Positions 11,415 through 22,799 of a stretch of 64,000 nucleotides of DNA are shown one piece after another. This DNA is from Eukaryota sp. TZLM1-RC (taxonomy: Eukaryota > Protista > Metamonada: BaSk clade). The translations under genes were made by a program, and so were the position numbers. The stretch's first letter is position 1. Each line of letters starts with the position of its first letter. The notes beneath the pieces were generated by a model, which was not told where the DNA came from, did no database searches, and saw only the letters and a program-made list of their open reading frames with translations. The stretch covers positions 1,860,001-1,924,000 of the forward strand of contig JAUPSS010000002.1 in the NCBI GenBank assembly GCA_040285825.1, read 5' to 3'.

Positions 11415-13190
11415 ATGGGCAACAATCAGTCTCAACTATTCTCTCCATACCGTAACGTCCTCAGTGCTCTCACTTCCCCTCAATCCCTACCAGCAGATTT
11501 TTTGTCCCCTTTGCTCAACATCAACCACCTTCCCTTGAGTGATTTATCACTTGTTGTCAGGCCCTATGTTCCACTTATACCACGCAGTCCTCACATAGAC
11601 CATCTCTTTTCGTCCACTATATCTATTCTCAATGATGAGTCTCCACAACATCCCCATCTAAAACCACTGACTTTTCTCTCCACTATCTTTGCCAAGGTTC
11701 TCTCTTCTCAATCGTCACCACACCATCTTATACCGTCTTTACTATCAGCTTCTCTTAAATACCTTATCTCATATCTCTCTTCATCACCCGACACACCATT
11801 GGATCAGTCTGTGCCATTTCTTCTTTTGGTTTGTTCCCTTTCTTACCCTTTTTTGTCTGAAGACGGATCAACAGGAGTAGTAGAACTTGTGCATGAGTTT
11901 CTCTGCAAAGTTCTCATTCATTTTCAGGATTATGATTTAGTAATTGAATCCTCCAAGTTAATTTTCATGAACAAAGACATTGATAGTTGTCAAGAAATTT
12001 TATTAGTTTGCTTTCTTGTTTTATCGTTTCTTTTGCCCAAGTCAGCTCAGGATTCCTTCACTGCCACCTCATTGATCACGTCACCATCGACTGTAGATAG
12101 CTCAAATTCATTATTTTCTGTTACATGTACTTTTGATTGCTTTTTTACTTATTTATCTTATTTAGGATCCGAAATGATGGCTAGTAGCTCAAATTTTCAA
12201 CAACATGCAGCCAAGTTCTCACTTTTTTTGTACCTTTTGGTTTCGTCTTCTTCTTTCCCGGTGTTTCTTGGTTCGAAGATTGACATTTCCCCAATATTTG
12301 GGACACTAATCTCTATCTTATCTACAGTTGATCCTCTCTCTGATCCCCCTATGACGCTTTCCTTATTGACAACCTTGGTGACCCTCACATCTGATCCCTT
12401 CATCTGCCATAATTTGTTCTTTAAAAGGAACAAATTTTCCAAACTTATTCACCAGTATTGCATCCCTAATTCCCTGGGCACGGAGTTGATTTACACTTTA
12501 ACTAAATTAGTTTTTAAATGTACATTATTTGTTGAAAATGATCCCACACACAAAGAAATTAGAAGCTGTTTTCTAAACCATTTTTCAGTGATTCTTTGCT
12601 ATTTATTAGCTAATTGTACAGATATTGATTTAAATGTTGCTGAACAACTGTTTAAATTGTTTGATGTTATTTATAAGTCGATTGAGCAACATGTTTGTAG
12701 TGATGTTGTTGAGCTCAACACTCAAACTTTGGAAAATTTCAGGTCGTCCCAAGATGTCAGTCCAGAATTAATTGAGGAAGTAGATTCTTGCTTGATTGAA
12801 CTTTTGACTGTTTTATTGCACGCTATTGGTAACTTGTTGTTCAAGAATTATCGAGATAATGTTAACCTCTGTTTAACTGTGGTGAATAACTTTGATTTGT
12901 TGCAAAATATTTCAAACTTTTTGGATATAGAAGCTGTGGACTATTTGATTTTCATTGCGGAAACCCTTCAATCGGCAACTGATGGATTTTTTGATAGCCA
13001 TGGGGAAGTTGCTGCTTTCACCCTTAATAAAATGGACGAAATTCATAATTCAATTAAAAATGGTGTTGTTTCAATCAATTCATCCCAATTATTTGAATTA
13101 GAAATTGATTTAACAAGCCACAGCTCGTTCTTTAAAAATTGTTTAATTTCCATAGTGTCCAATTACTTTCCGTTTATATCTGAGGAATAA
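11415..13190 (+). CDS. Dymeclin/HID1-like helical protein
   Basis: MGNNQS N-myristoylation-type start, about 590 aa Leu-rich alpha-solenoid; family call by resemblance only. Confidence 0.5.
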   Translation: MGNNQSQLFSPYRNVLSALTSPQSLPADFLSPLLNINHLPLSDLSLVVRPYVPLIPRSPHIDHLFSSTISILNDESPQHPHLKPLTFLSTIFAKVLSSQSSPHHLIPSLLSASLKYLISYLSSSPDTPLDQSVPFLLLVCSLSYPFLSEDGSTGVVELVHEFLCKVLIHFQDYDLVIESSKLIFMNKDIDSCQEILLVCFLVLSFLLPKSAQDSFTATSLITSPSTVDSSNSLFSVTCTFDCFFTYLSYLGSEMMASSSNFQQHAAKFSLFLYLLVSSSSFPVFLGSKIDISPIFGTLISILSTVDPLSDPPMTLSLLTTLVTLTSDPFICHNLFFKRNKFSKLIHQYCIPNSLGTELIYTLTKLVFKCTLFVENDPTHKEIRSCFLNHFSVILCYLLANCTDIDLNVAEQLFKLFDVIYKSIEQHVCSDVVELNTQTLENFRSSQDVSPELIEEVDSCLIELLTVLLHAIGNLLFKNYRDNVNLCLTVVNNFDLLQNISNFLDIEAVDYLIFIAETLQSATDGFFDSHGEVAAFTLNKMDEIHNSIKNGVVSINSSQLFELEIDLTSHSSFFKNCLISIVSNYFPFISEE

Positions 13191-13674
13191 TTTCCTGTTT
13201 TAATATTTAATTTTTTTGTTCTGTGAATTCTGTATTTTTCTTAATTTATTTATTTCGCTACCATTTTGTTTACTTGTCATTTTTTTAATAGTATTTGATA
13301 AACCATTTCTTTAAACAACTTTTTTTTAGAAATTTGAAGTTTTTTAGAAATTTGTTACAAATCATGGATAAGTAAGCTTCAGTACTTTTAGAAACAGTAC
13401 ACTTACTACAACGTTTGTTTCCCATATCTACACCAACAACAGTTTTAGATTCTGTCACTAAGATTCAAGAAACCCCTTTTTTTTCTATTTAAATGAAAGC
13501 ATTTACTGCTTTCGCTGCACACCTTTTATAATAATGATGTGCTCTTATCAAATCCAGTAGACAAACCTGATATTGACAAGTGTATAATCCTTGTGTAAAT
13601 AAATCAAGGTTTGTTAGTGAACTTTTTCAAAAATATCTTTATTCCTTATAGGTATTCACGCAAAAACTAGAACT

Positions 13675-14072
13675 CAATATCCCCAATATAGGCATCAACA
13701 TCATCTCTTCAGTGCGCGATTTTTATACTCTACTTCTAATTGCAACAGTGCTTTGGTTCATGGGGGCAATAATTGTAGTCCATCTAAAGTTTTTGGAGGG
13801 AGTGAGAATAAAGAGTTTCTAAAAAATCAACCAATACACAACTAAACCTCCACATCCTCAGAATCTGCCTCCCCTACATCAAAACAATTAATTACTAAAG
13901 ATTCAGAAAATTTCCCAAAAGAAGAGTGAATTAGAAATTAACTTCACCATTCCCTTAAAAATAGAAAATACAATCCTGTTTTGCCAGTAAACACGATTTA
14001 AGTTTCTTCCAGTTCTTTCCTTTACAACTACAACAAAATCCTCAAGGAAAGCCATAGCAGCCGTACCCAAAG
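13675..14072 (-). mobile_element. Two short 3' fragments of RLE non-LTR elements
   Basis: 13690-13760 resembles the reverse of 465-545; 13840-14072 reads AAMAFLEDF...RTGRNLNRVYWQNRIVFSIFKG. Confidence 0.65.
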
Positions 14073-14237
14073 AAATCTACAACGAGATCCTCTAATAATA
14101 TGGCTCTTCAGGCAATGAGGTTTGAAAGAGGATTTATGGAGGATTAATTTCTGCTTTTTCATATCTAAAGTTCCCGTCCTACCATTTACGGCTTCACTCA
14201 TTAACTCAACACCTTTTTATTGATCGCCTTTTGGTAA

Positions 14238-15020
14238 ATGCAAATTCCTCAATATGCATTTGATATCCACGTTACTCTCACTTTTGGCAGCATACCATCA
14301 AGATCAGTGACAATATCATCAGTCATCAAGTTTGATCCCCAGAGTCATCGGCGCACACAAGGTTATACACAAATCATCTTCAACAACTTCTGTCATCGAC
14401 CAGTACTCACACGTGAAACTCTTTATGTCTCCGGAACTTTATCATATAACTTGGAAGATGATTTTATTCACAAATTTGAAGGAACTATACGTCCTGCATA
14501 TAAGAACAGCATAAAGCTCACAGGGAAGGCCATTATAACACCTTTGCTCTTCAAGTCACGATTAGTAGAAATGTCCATAGGTCTTTCACCTGAATCAAGT
14601 TGCACTCTTGATAGGTTTACCTTAACCCTTCTGCACACTGATTCCGCTATTCCCAAGATCAATGCAGAGCCTTGTTCGCCTTATACAGATACTCTTAGAT
14701 GTCATAAGCCCATGATTGCTTCATCCCCTGTTATTCTATCCTCATTGAGAACTTTTTCTCCTGACATACCTTCAACACCGTCTTTAAGGAAACAACGGCC
14801 AAATCATCCCCCTTTCAGTCTAGGAGCGTCTCAATCTCGCCATTTGTGTTCCAGGTCTTTACATTCTCCCCATGGTCTTGGAAGCGGTGGTTGTGATAGT
14901 GGGGAATTGGGAAGAACGATGCAAGCTGCGTCATTTTGTCCAAAATGTGGGCTGAAATATATTGATATTTCAGACACTTTATGTAGCTGTTGCCAAACAA
15001 AAAGACCTTTTATAAGCTGA
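14238..15020 (+). CDS. Hypothetical protein with C-terminal zinc ribbon
   Basis: 260-aa ORF ending FCPKCG...LCSCCQTKR. Confidence 0.7.
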   Translation: MQIPQYAFDIHVTLTFGSIPSRSVTISSVIKFDPQSHRRTQGYTQIIFNNFCHRPVLTRETLYVSGTLSYNLEDDFIHKFEGTIRPAYKNSIKLTGKAIITPLLFKSRLVEMSIGLSPESSCTLDRFTLTLLHTDSAIPKINAEPCSPYTDTLRCHKPMIASSPVILSSLRTFSPDIPSTPSLRKQRPNHPPFSLGASQSRHLCSRSLHSPHGLGSGGCDSGELGRTMQAASFCPKCGLKYIDISDTLCSCCQTKRPFIS

Positions 15021-15361
15021 TTCGATTTGGTTTTATTCAATTTTAGTCAAGTATTAGTATTTTTTTAATGTAGTTTTAATTGTAGTGTACATGTTGATTT
15101 TTAATTTCAATTCTTTCACAAATTCTAATTGGACTCAAATTCTATTTCGCACTTTGATGATTTGGAGAATCACATTTAATTAAAATTAAATCATTGGGAA
15201 TTGTATGTATTAGTTTCAATGTCTTTAACAGCTCTGTTACTTCTACGACTTTAGAGCATTGAAATTTGTTACTAGGGTCTACTTACAATTGAATTTCCTA
15301 TATGTGTTGCTATAGATGATATTAATTCAAATATTCAATGGTATTGATGCCATCTGAAAGC

Positions 15362-16605
15362 TAGAGTTGGGCAAAGATCGACTCGAATTTTCGAGTTGCG
15401 ATTTCACTCGAACTTGACTCCAGTCGAGTCGAGTTCAAGTTGTGTTTTTTCCAGACTCGAGTTCGAGTTGAGTTCGAGTTTTACTCAACTCGAAATCTGG
15501 TATCAAATCTAGGTTTTTTTCAATGCATATTCCCTGGAATAAAACAGGTTCACTTAAACACCGTCGTGATAAGCTTTCTGAGGGTTTTTCTTACAGTGTT
15601 TGTCCTCCAGACACCAAAAAGAGTCATAAAATCCTAAATCACTAAGTGTTTGTAAGTTTTTCTACGATGGGCTTGTCATTGAAGAGCGTCGTGTTTGTAA
15701 TCATTGCCTTGAATAAATTTATGCCCTTTCAACATCAGTTTCTGTTCTTATTGCACACTACGCTAAGAAACACCCTAATTTCGACATCTCTCCCCCTGAA
15801 GAGGATGTACATCCTCAGCCAGCTGTCACCAAATACTTAGAACAACCATTTTCGCTTCAACTGTCTCCTACACAACTAACTTGATCCTAGAGTGAAAGGT
15901 CGTTTGCTCTCCCGTTTTATCAACACTCAAGAGCACAAACAACGTCTTTTGCAAATCTTTGAAGACGAATATCCCAAAACTGTAGTTCCAATGAGAGTAG
16001 AAGAACCTATTAATGATTTCTGGCAGAAGCAGAGATGTTGGCGACACAAAGGGGACAAGAACAAAATCTTGCTCAACCAATGGTCACTGAAATAATGGCT
16101 TACGAAAGAGAAGAACTTGTACCCATTTCAACAAACATTCTACAATGGTGGAACGTCACCAAGGTTCGGTTTCCAAGATTAGCTCGAATGGCTCGGGACT
16201 ATTTATCAATCCAAGCATCATCTGTCGCATCTGAAAGTCTTTTTTCACTTGCGGGTAATATGGTTACTGACAAACGAAATTTGTTGACTGATGAGATGAT
16301 TGAGGCAGTTATGTGTTTGAAATCATGGAAGAAGAACGAAGAATAGACTTCTTGTGTTGGGAGGATGTGTTATGTTTTAATTGCATCAATAAAAGTTGTT
16401 ATGTTTGCCTAAATACTGATTTTTATACCATTTCGCTTTGCTAATTGCCGTTTTCAAGTTGAAACTTTTGATTTCGAGTTCGAGTCGAGTAAGAATTTTT
16501 GATCTCGAGTACGAGTGGAGTTGGAGTTGTGCAAGTCGAGTTCGAGTTACCACTTTTCCAATTTCGAGTTCGAGTCAAGTTCGAGTCGAGTGTTGCCCAA
16601 CTCTA
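15362..16605 (+). mobile_element. Non-autonomous (internally deleted) hAT DNA transposon
   Basis: TIR tagagttgggca/tgcccaactcta, 8-bp TSD ctgaaagc (15354-15361, 16606-16613), subterminal actcga/tcgagt repeats, hAT C-terminal dimerisation domain. Confidence 0.95.
16035..16346 (+). pseudogene. hAT transposase C-terminal dimerisation domain remnant
   Basis: LQWW...FPRLARMARDYLSIQASSVASESLFSLAG. Confidence 0.9.
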
Positions 16606-17595
16606 CTGAAAGCTTATTTATCTTAAACTCACATCTCTTTCTGTTAATATAGTCCTTTATACCACAGACGTTTAGATGCAAATTAACGGCTGTACCTTTG
16701 TGCTGATGAATGAACATTTTTCAGTACTATCTACGAGTGTTTGGAATTGGTCATATTCCATGGTTGCTTTCATTGATCCAGGTTGTTTCACCAACAACAT
16801 TTGTTGCTCCCAGTGTTGACACACAATGTAACAGAATCTTTATTTAATGACATTGATTCAATAACATCTGAGTATATTTAATGACATAACATTGTTGAAT
16901 CGCCCTTAGATGAAGTAGACCTTTTCTTATGGTGGACCATATGAAGATAGTACTCTATTCTGGCGAGGAGAAGAACATCAGGCTATTTGCAAGGAATATT
17001 CCAAGGACTGCAGTGATTCACAATTCAACAGAATGGTATTTAGACTGTTATTCAATCCGAAAAGAGAGTATCGACAGCAACTAGTAGTCTTGGTGTCAAA
17101 TCATCACTTTTAGACAGTTCCCCGAGACTGAAAAAATCATGTGTGAATAAATTAAGTCCACCATGATTCTGAAAGAATGCTGCTTACAACTGTACTCAAT
17201 AATGTAAAACGACCTTCGCTGTGACTTTCACAACCACGGCAAGCTGTGGAATGTAATGTGGATTAGAGAAATGCCATTCTCTTATCAAAGTGTAATATAA
17301 AAAGTTCTGTACGAGTAGAAGGTGTGGAGTTAATCAGTACGCTATTAGTAATCAATAGTTATCAAAAATGAGTAGAAAAACACGTAGAAAGAGTACACTG
17401 GGAGTCCTAATGTTTGGAAAAGGAGGTAAGTGAGGGAAATAAGAACCTAGTTTACGCAGTGAGGGGAAAGTGTGGGAATAGTGAAAACCTCCCAAAACCA
17501 AGTTGAGGGTTAAAACCTCCCAGAACAGACAACCAGAAGTCGAATATGAGGTGACAAGTGTAAAATTTGATAAATGAGCTCTTTATTCTCACTGC

Positions 17596-19523
17596 ATGTC
17601 AGACACCCACTTTGTTTCACGTGTATTCACTCGGTCTTGTGCACCCAACTCGCTGCTGACCCCTGCAGCGGTGCAATAAATTCGGACTGACCTTCCTTTG
17701 ATCACCGAGATTTGTCAAGAAGCTTCTTTATTGCTTCAATCTTTTGTTTTAAATTTTCCGTTGGTATCTAGAGCTCTAGTGGAACAGGATGAATGGTATC
17801 TTTTTATGACCGTCATCACCACTAATTCTTTTCCGAAGCCATCCACCTCCAGAGGCCAACGCCAATTACTCCATATCTTTTACAGTGGATTTTTTCCTGA
17901 ATGCTCACAAGATATGTCTCTTGTTTCTTCATGGGAAAATACTTTAGTGCCTTATAGAAATTCATTCATTCTTTTTCTCAATGCTTGGCTGCAATCTCAG
18001 AAATGTAATTTATCAATAGAAAAGGACTTTCTCCTTATCTTGCTTGTCGGGCTCGTCAATTGGCGTCTAACGTTAAGACAAGTTTACCTAAAATATGTCA
18101 ATCCTGAACAAAAAACTTCATTCGTGCTCATTGTAGAGCTCTAGATAAAACGAATGTCTGTGCCAACTATCTTCTCTCTCTTTTACAAGATGAACCCTTA
18201 GCCCAACCCAAAGAAGTAGTTGTTCATTCTGTTCTCGAACACTACATCAATTTCAATCTGAATAATTCAAGAGAAAGATTTTTTTTATTAAATGCATGTA
18301 AGTTTATCTTGAATCTCCGGCAAAAATTTCCTTCCACTGCTTTTCTTCTGATTTCAAATGATAAAATCACCTTTTTTTCAAAAGAAATTGGTGAGCTTTT
18401 TCTCTTTAATCTTAAAATTTCACAGTACTTACTCACTTTCTTTTCTCATATGCATTACTGCAAGAAATTTAGAATAATACCTTTAGCTTCTCATAAAGGT
18501 TCTGATTTTCATGAGGTACCTTCACATGTGTTCCACTCTGTGAAAAAATTCCCACTTATTGAAGGATCATCTTCCAAAACAAAGTTCATCAAAAATACAT
18601 GTCTTAACCAAAAAATTTAATATCAACAGAAAAGTTTGAAAAATAGATTTCAAAAATTTTTTTATTGAAAACTAATGGTAATGAACTGTTTTTGACCTCT
18701 GAAGGTAAAAATAATGACACAAAAAACACAGATGGGCTGGATGAACCACCGAAGAAAAGAAGATTGAAAAGAGAAATGAAAATTGACCCTGATGCCAACA
18801 AAACCAGAGAAACACAGTTGAAGGGCACAAAAAAAGCCGCGTCGAAGACGTAGATATCCAGTCGAAATTTCACCTGAAAGGCCCCTTATTGGCGTCGATC
18901 TAGGACAATCTAGATTATGTGGTTACTTCTTAACTGATAATGAATGTGGAGTTATCCCTTGTCCAATTGGCAGAAGATACATGACAAAACCTTCACCCAG
19001 TAAAGACTCTTTCAACCAATATTCCATTCAAAATTTCAACCAATATTTGAACCATTGGAATTTGGTCAGGAGAAAAGTGTATTTGGAAAGTAATCGCCAG
19101 AAATGGAAAATAATTAAATTTGATAACCGCAGACAAGAAGAGAGACGGTTCAGAAAGAGTCTCAACAAGTTTCAAAGGCTGGCTGGACATCCTGAAAAAC
19201 TCTATCTTGCTGTGGGTTCTGCTAATTTCCCTTCTGATTGCCGAAAAGTCAATCGATATGGATCAGCAAAAGCTTTCAGAAAATGGTTGTGTTATCAAAA
19301 GAACGTGAAGCACTTGTCAACCAGTGAATTTAATACAAGCAAACTGTCCAGTTGTTGCATGGCCGAGAATATTCAAGCAGGCTCATGGAAGATGCGTATT
19401 TGTACTGAGTGTCAAATAGTATATGACAGAGATATTTCCGCTGCAAAAAACATTCAAATTAAGAAGAAAGCGGAATTGTCACCGGAAAGATACATTTGCC
19501 CAGAAGTTCTGTTGAGGAAATGA
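17596..19523 (+). pseudogene. Fanzor family B, about 640 aa reconstructed, RuvC D-E-D triad intact
   Basis: MSDTHF start; FRIIPL, KTNG, IGVDLG, SEFNTSK, SSCC..ICTEC, DRDISAAKNI; a few stops and frameshifts. Confidence 0.9.
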
Positions 19524-19608
19524 ATGGGGATCTTGAGCACACAGAAACAAAAACTTTGGAAAAACTGATATTTTATTTTGAGTTTTTTATGTTATTTTTA
19601 ATTTTTTT

Positions 19609-19861
19609 GAAGAACTTTTGAGACTGATCCACAAATGCCCTAGTAGCATTTGGTAGATTAACTTAGATACATGAAGTTGCGAGGCTTTGTTCTGCGAAAG
19701 CAGTAGGTGTATATTAGTGAGGTACCACATTGATGAAGATCATGATTGGCTTTGTCAAATGACGCTACATGTCTCTTACAGCCTGTAAGTAGACATTGAG
19801 AAAGTTGAAAACAGGAGTGAATTTCACAGGGGAATGCATGATATGTGAAATTCACAGTTAT
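19609..19861 (+). ncRNA. Candidate omegaRNA / 3' terminus of Fanzor family B (copy 2)
   Basis: Begins about 85 nt after the Fanzor stop; hairpins ctgc-GAAA-gcag, atgtctcttacag/ctgtaagtagacat and terminal gtgaatttcac/gtgaaattcac. Confidence 0.65.
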
Positions 19862-19862
19862 A

Positions 19863-20723
19863 ATGCTGATAGTGAACCCCAACATCTCTGAACTCTCTCA
19901 GGGTGCCCCACATGACCCAAACGATGTGAAACCACGTCCAGCACGGCTTGGTTTAGGTGCTTCCTATATTCCCCACACAACACAAAAAACTTCGAGTACA
20001 GCTTTAACAAAAAGTCTTCGTTCATCACGTCCAAAAAATGAACCTATCCTCAGTTCAGATTCAGAGGCTTCTTCCAGTGATGATGAAACATGTTCTCGCT
20101 TTGCTGCGCTCTCAAAATCCAAAAACTTAGCAACTACTACCTTACCTACCGATATTGATCCACCACCACAACCATCAGCTGACTCTGTAGTTACCCCTGA
20201 TACATTACCTACGTCAAATGTTGTTGAACCGAATGTAGACCATTCTACAGAAAACTCTTTTGACGACGCTGTTGCAACAGATACTAACCCAATTACAAAG
20301 AAAAAATCCAAGAAATCTAGGAAAAAACGAGCAAAAAGTGCTGATGTCCCCTTCAAAATGGTTGCGACTGAAAAGTCAGTACTTGAATCAGATGCTGATT
20401 TTGATGTTTTTAAATTCAACTCTGATCATCCTTCAGTCACCAGCTCTGTCTCCAAAGCAGATGTGGTTAAACAATCCAAACAACAATCAAAAAGAGTAGA
20501 GGTGGGTGGTCTAACAATATTTGACGATAGCACGATGTGGGAATCAAATGAAGGGAAAGGAAAAAAAACAGTTGAAAAGAAGAGAAATGAAAGACACAAA
20601 GACACCAATGATAAATCTAGAGATTCAAAACCCAAGAGAAGGAAGATTGGTAGTAGAGATGGTGATGTTGATTCTTCTCGTGGAGAGAGGAGAGATAGAA
20701 GGAGGGGCAGGAGGAGGGCGTAG
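19863..20723 (+). CDS. Hypothetical Lys/Arg/Ser-rich, probably nuclear protein
   Basis: First ATG at 19863; RPARLGLGA motif and basic C-terminus. Confidence 0.7.
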   Translation: MLIVNPNISELSQGAPHDPNDVKPRPARLGLGASYIPHTTQKTSSTALTKSLRSSRPKNEPILSSDSEASSSDDETCSRFAALSKSKNLATTTLPTDIDPPPQPSADSVVTPDTLPTSNVVEPNVDHSTENSFDDAVATDTNPITKKKSKKSRKKRAKSADVPFKMVATEKSVLESDADFDVFKFNSDHPSVTSSVSKADVVKQSKQQSKRVEVGGLTIFDDSTMWESNEGKGKKTVEKKRNERHKDTNDKSRDSKPKRRKIGSRDGDVDSSRGERRDRRRGRRRA

Positions 20724-21320
20724 GTTTCATTTTGTATAATAATGATAATAATTGTTGTTATTAATTTTTTGCTCATTAAATTTAATTTTAAATTACCATA
20801 TTCACAATTGATTACGTCATTCAATGAATTATTATATTAATTAAATTATCTTAGTTTTTACATTTTATTTGTCAACAATAAGTTATTTCAAATATGGAGG
20901 GTCCTCAAAGTTGTTGTCAAGAAATCAATTGCAATAATTGACACAATGGTCAATGGAATCATTAAAGTTTAAAGTAATAGAGGCAAGTGATTTAGATCTT
21001 GTTTTTGTCATAGGTTGTGGATAACATGCTCTTTCTTTCAGTGTCCTTCAAGATCAATGGTTAGTCGTAACAATGTGATTTGAGCAGTTTATTCAGATAA
21101 ATGGTTCCAGTAAAAAAATGTTACATTCAACACAACAAAAAACCAATTTCTATTGAAAAATAAAAAGGCAATTTCTGAAATTAATGATGATAGTTAAATT
21201 AAAATAACTAATTAATTAGCTAATTAATTAACAAATTGATTAACTTCCGAAAAACCCTACAAAATCAACGTGAAAAAAAGTAGAAATAAAAGCAGCAAAC
21301 TCAATAAACCAAACAAAACC

Positions 21321-22745
21321 TTACCTTTTTCCCTTATTATAACCCACCCCTGACATCCAAGCTCTTGCTCTTTCTACTCTGACCTGTTCCTCTGCCATTG
21401 ATTCAATCATATGCCTTCTCTTATTAATGGCTTGCTTTTGTTGAGAAATCACCTTCCTTCTTTGCTCCTCAGCTACTTTATTATCCTTCTTAATCACCAT
21501 AGAAAGGAAATCCCCAACAGACTCGTCCTCTTCTTCGTCTAAACCTTCAATGTTACCTTCATCTTCTTCATCCTCGCCAATTTGGATATTATCGTTTTTA
21601 GAAAATTCCTTAATTGTGGATAAAATAGAGTCAAATTCAGATTTAGAGGAATTAAATTCAGAAATATTGCGCTCCAATACACCTATCACAATTAAATACT
21701 TCTCCAACAACTCTGGACCAACATTATCTAAATCTAAATATTTTAAATTTTTCTGCTGTAACCACAGACTAGAAGGGATCGCTGACACGTCAACAACTTC
21801 CCTTAGTTCAATATTTGGTTCCTCTTCGACAATTAAACTCCTATTCTCAGCAATGTGCCGCATATATATCTTTTTATATTCTCCAAGTAAATTATTAATG
21901 GTAATGCCAACAACTAAATTCACAAAAATGAAAGCTCCAATTGTAATAAAAATAGCAAAATACACTGCAGTCATCCCAAACAGCCCAGGCCGATCTCGCA
22001 TCTCAACTGTAATGTCCCACCAACCATCCAATGTAAGCATGATAAAGCAAGTAAACATTGCTTCTCCAACAGAGCCAAAGTATTCAGGAACCTCCTGCCC
22101 GAATAGGGACACTCCTAACACTGCCCAGATGAAGAGAAGAATCATCAAAAGACCCGTGATGTTAGCCATATCTGGGAGTGATTTAAGGATTGTTTGGACA
22201 ATTACTTGAAGACCTTGTAGGATAGAGATAGATCTTAGGGTTCGAAAGGCACGGAGAACACGAAGGATACGCAGAACACGTCCAGACGCCATGTAGGAAG
22301 CACCAGAACCAAGAAGTGAAACAGCCACTATAGAAAAGTCAAATATATTCCACCCAACCCTCCAGAAAGTCCAAAACCCGTGGTAGAATTTGAGTAGAAT
22401 TTCAATAACAAATATTGTCATGAAAATGGAATCAACAGTTGAAAGAGTAGAAGCGAATCGCTCCTCAATTGATGGGTTTGTTTGAAGACCCACAAGGATG
22501 GAGTTTATAATGATTACAATTAGAACAAAGCCTCGAAAAGGGGAAGACTGAATCAATGTGCCAGCCAAATCCTCGGAGACATAAGATTCATAAGCTTCTT
22601 GAAAGTCTTGTTCTACAATCTCAGAAAAGGCATGTGTGGCTTTCTTGTTGGAGTGAGCAGATGGCTGTGAACTAAGTACTTGAGATGAGATTCCCTGAGC
22701 TGGAAGAAATATTCGTCTAGGTTCATTGGGCTTATTGGGGGGCAT
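21321..22745 (-). CDS. CatSper-type single-domain voltage-gated cation channel subunit
   Basis: Six TM segments, S4 RVLRILRVLRAFRTLR, pore TLDGW, C-terminal coiled coil. Confidence 0.85.
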   Translation of the reverse strand: MPPNKPNEPRRIFLPAQGISSQVLSSQPSAHSNKKATHAFSEIVEQDFQEAYESYVSEDLAGTLIQSSPFRGFVLIVIIINSILVGLQTNPSIEERFASTLSTVDSIFMTIFVIEILLKFYHGFWTFWRVGWNIFDFSIVAVSLLGSGASYMASGRVLRILRVLRAFRTLRSISILQGLQVIVQTILKSLPDMANITGLLMILLFIWAVLGVSLFGQEVPEYFGSVGEAMFTCFIMLTLDGWWDITVEMRDRPGLFGMTAVYFAIFITIGAFIFVNLVVGITINNLLGEYKKIYMRHIAENRSLIVEEEPNIELREVVDVSAIPSSLWLQQKNLKYLDLDNVGPELLEKYLIVIGVLERNISEFNSSKSEFDSILSTIKEFSKNDNIQIGEDEEDEGNIEGLDEEEDESVGDFLSMVIKKDNKVAEEQRRKVISQQKQAINKRRHMIESMAEEQVRVERARAWMSGVGYNKGKR

Positions 22746-22799
22746 CGACTTGGTGTGGTGTTCAAATGTTCAACTTTGCATTTTACATTTATTTTGCAT

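Larger units (their letters stand above)
17064..19861 (+). mobile_element. Fanzor family B element, copy 2 (uninterrupted, about 2.8 kb)
   Basis: About 530-nt 5' leader, Fanzor ORF, AT-rich spacer and structured 3' terminus; colinear with copy 1. Confidence 0.88.

Noticed and set aside
21550-22209. Long antisense or overlapping ORFs (for example 21550-22209, 19964-20419, 25888-26205, 45133-45408)
   Set aside because: Shadow frames of real genes on the opposite strand.
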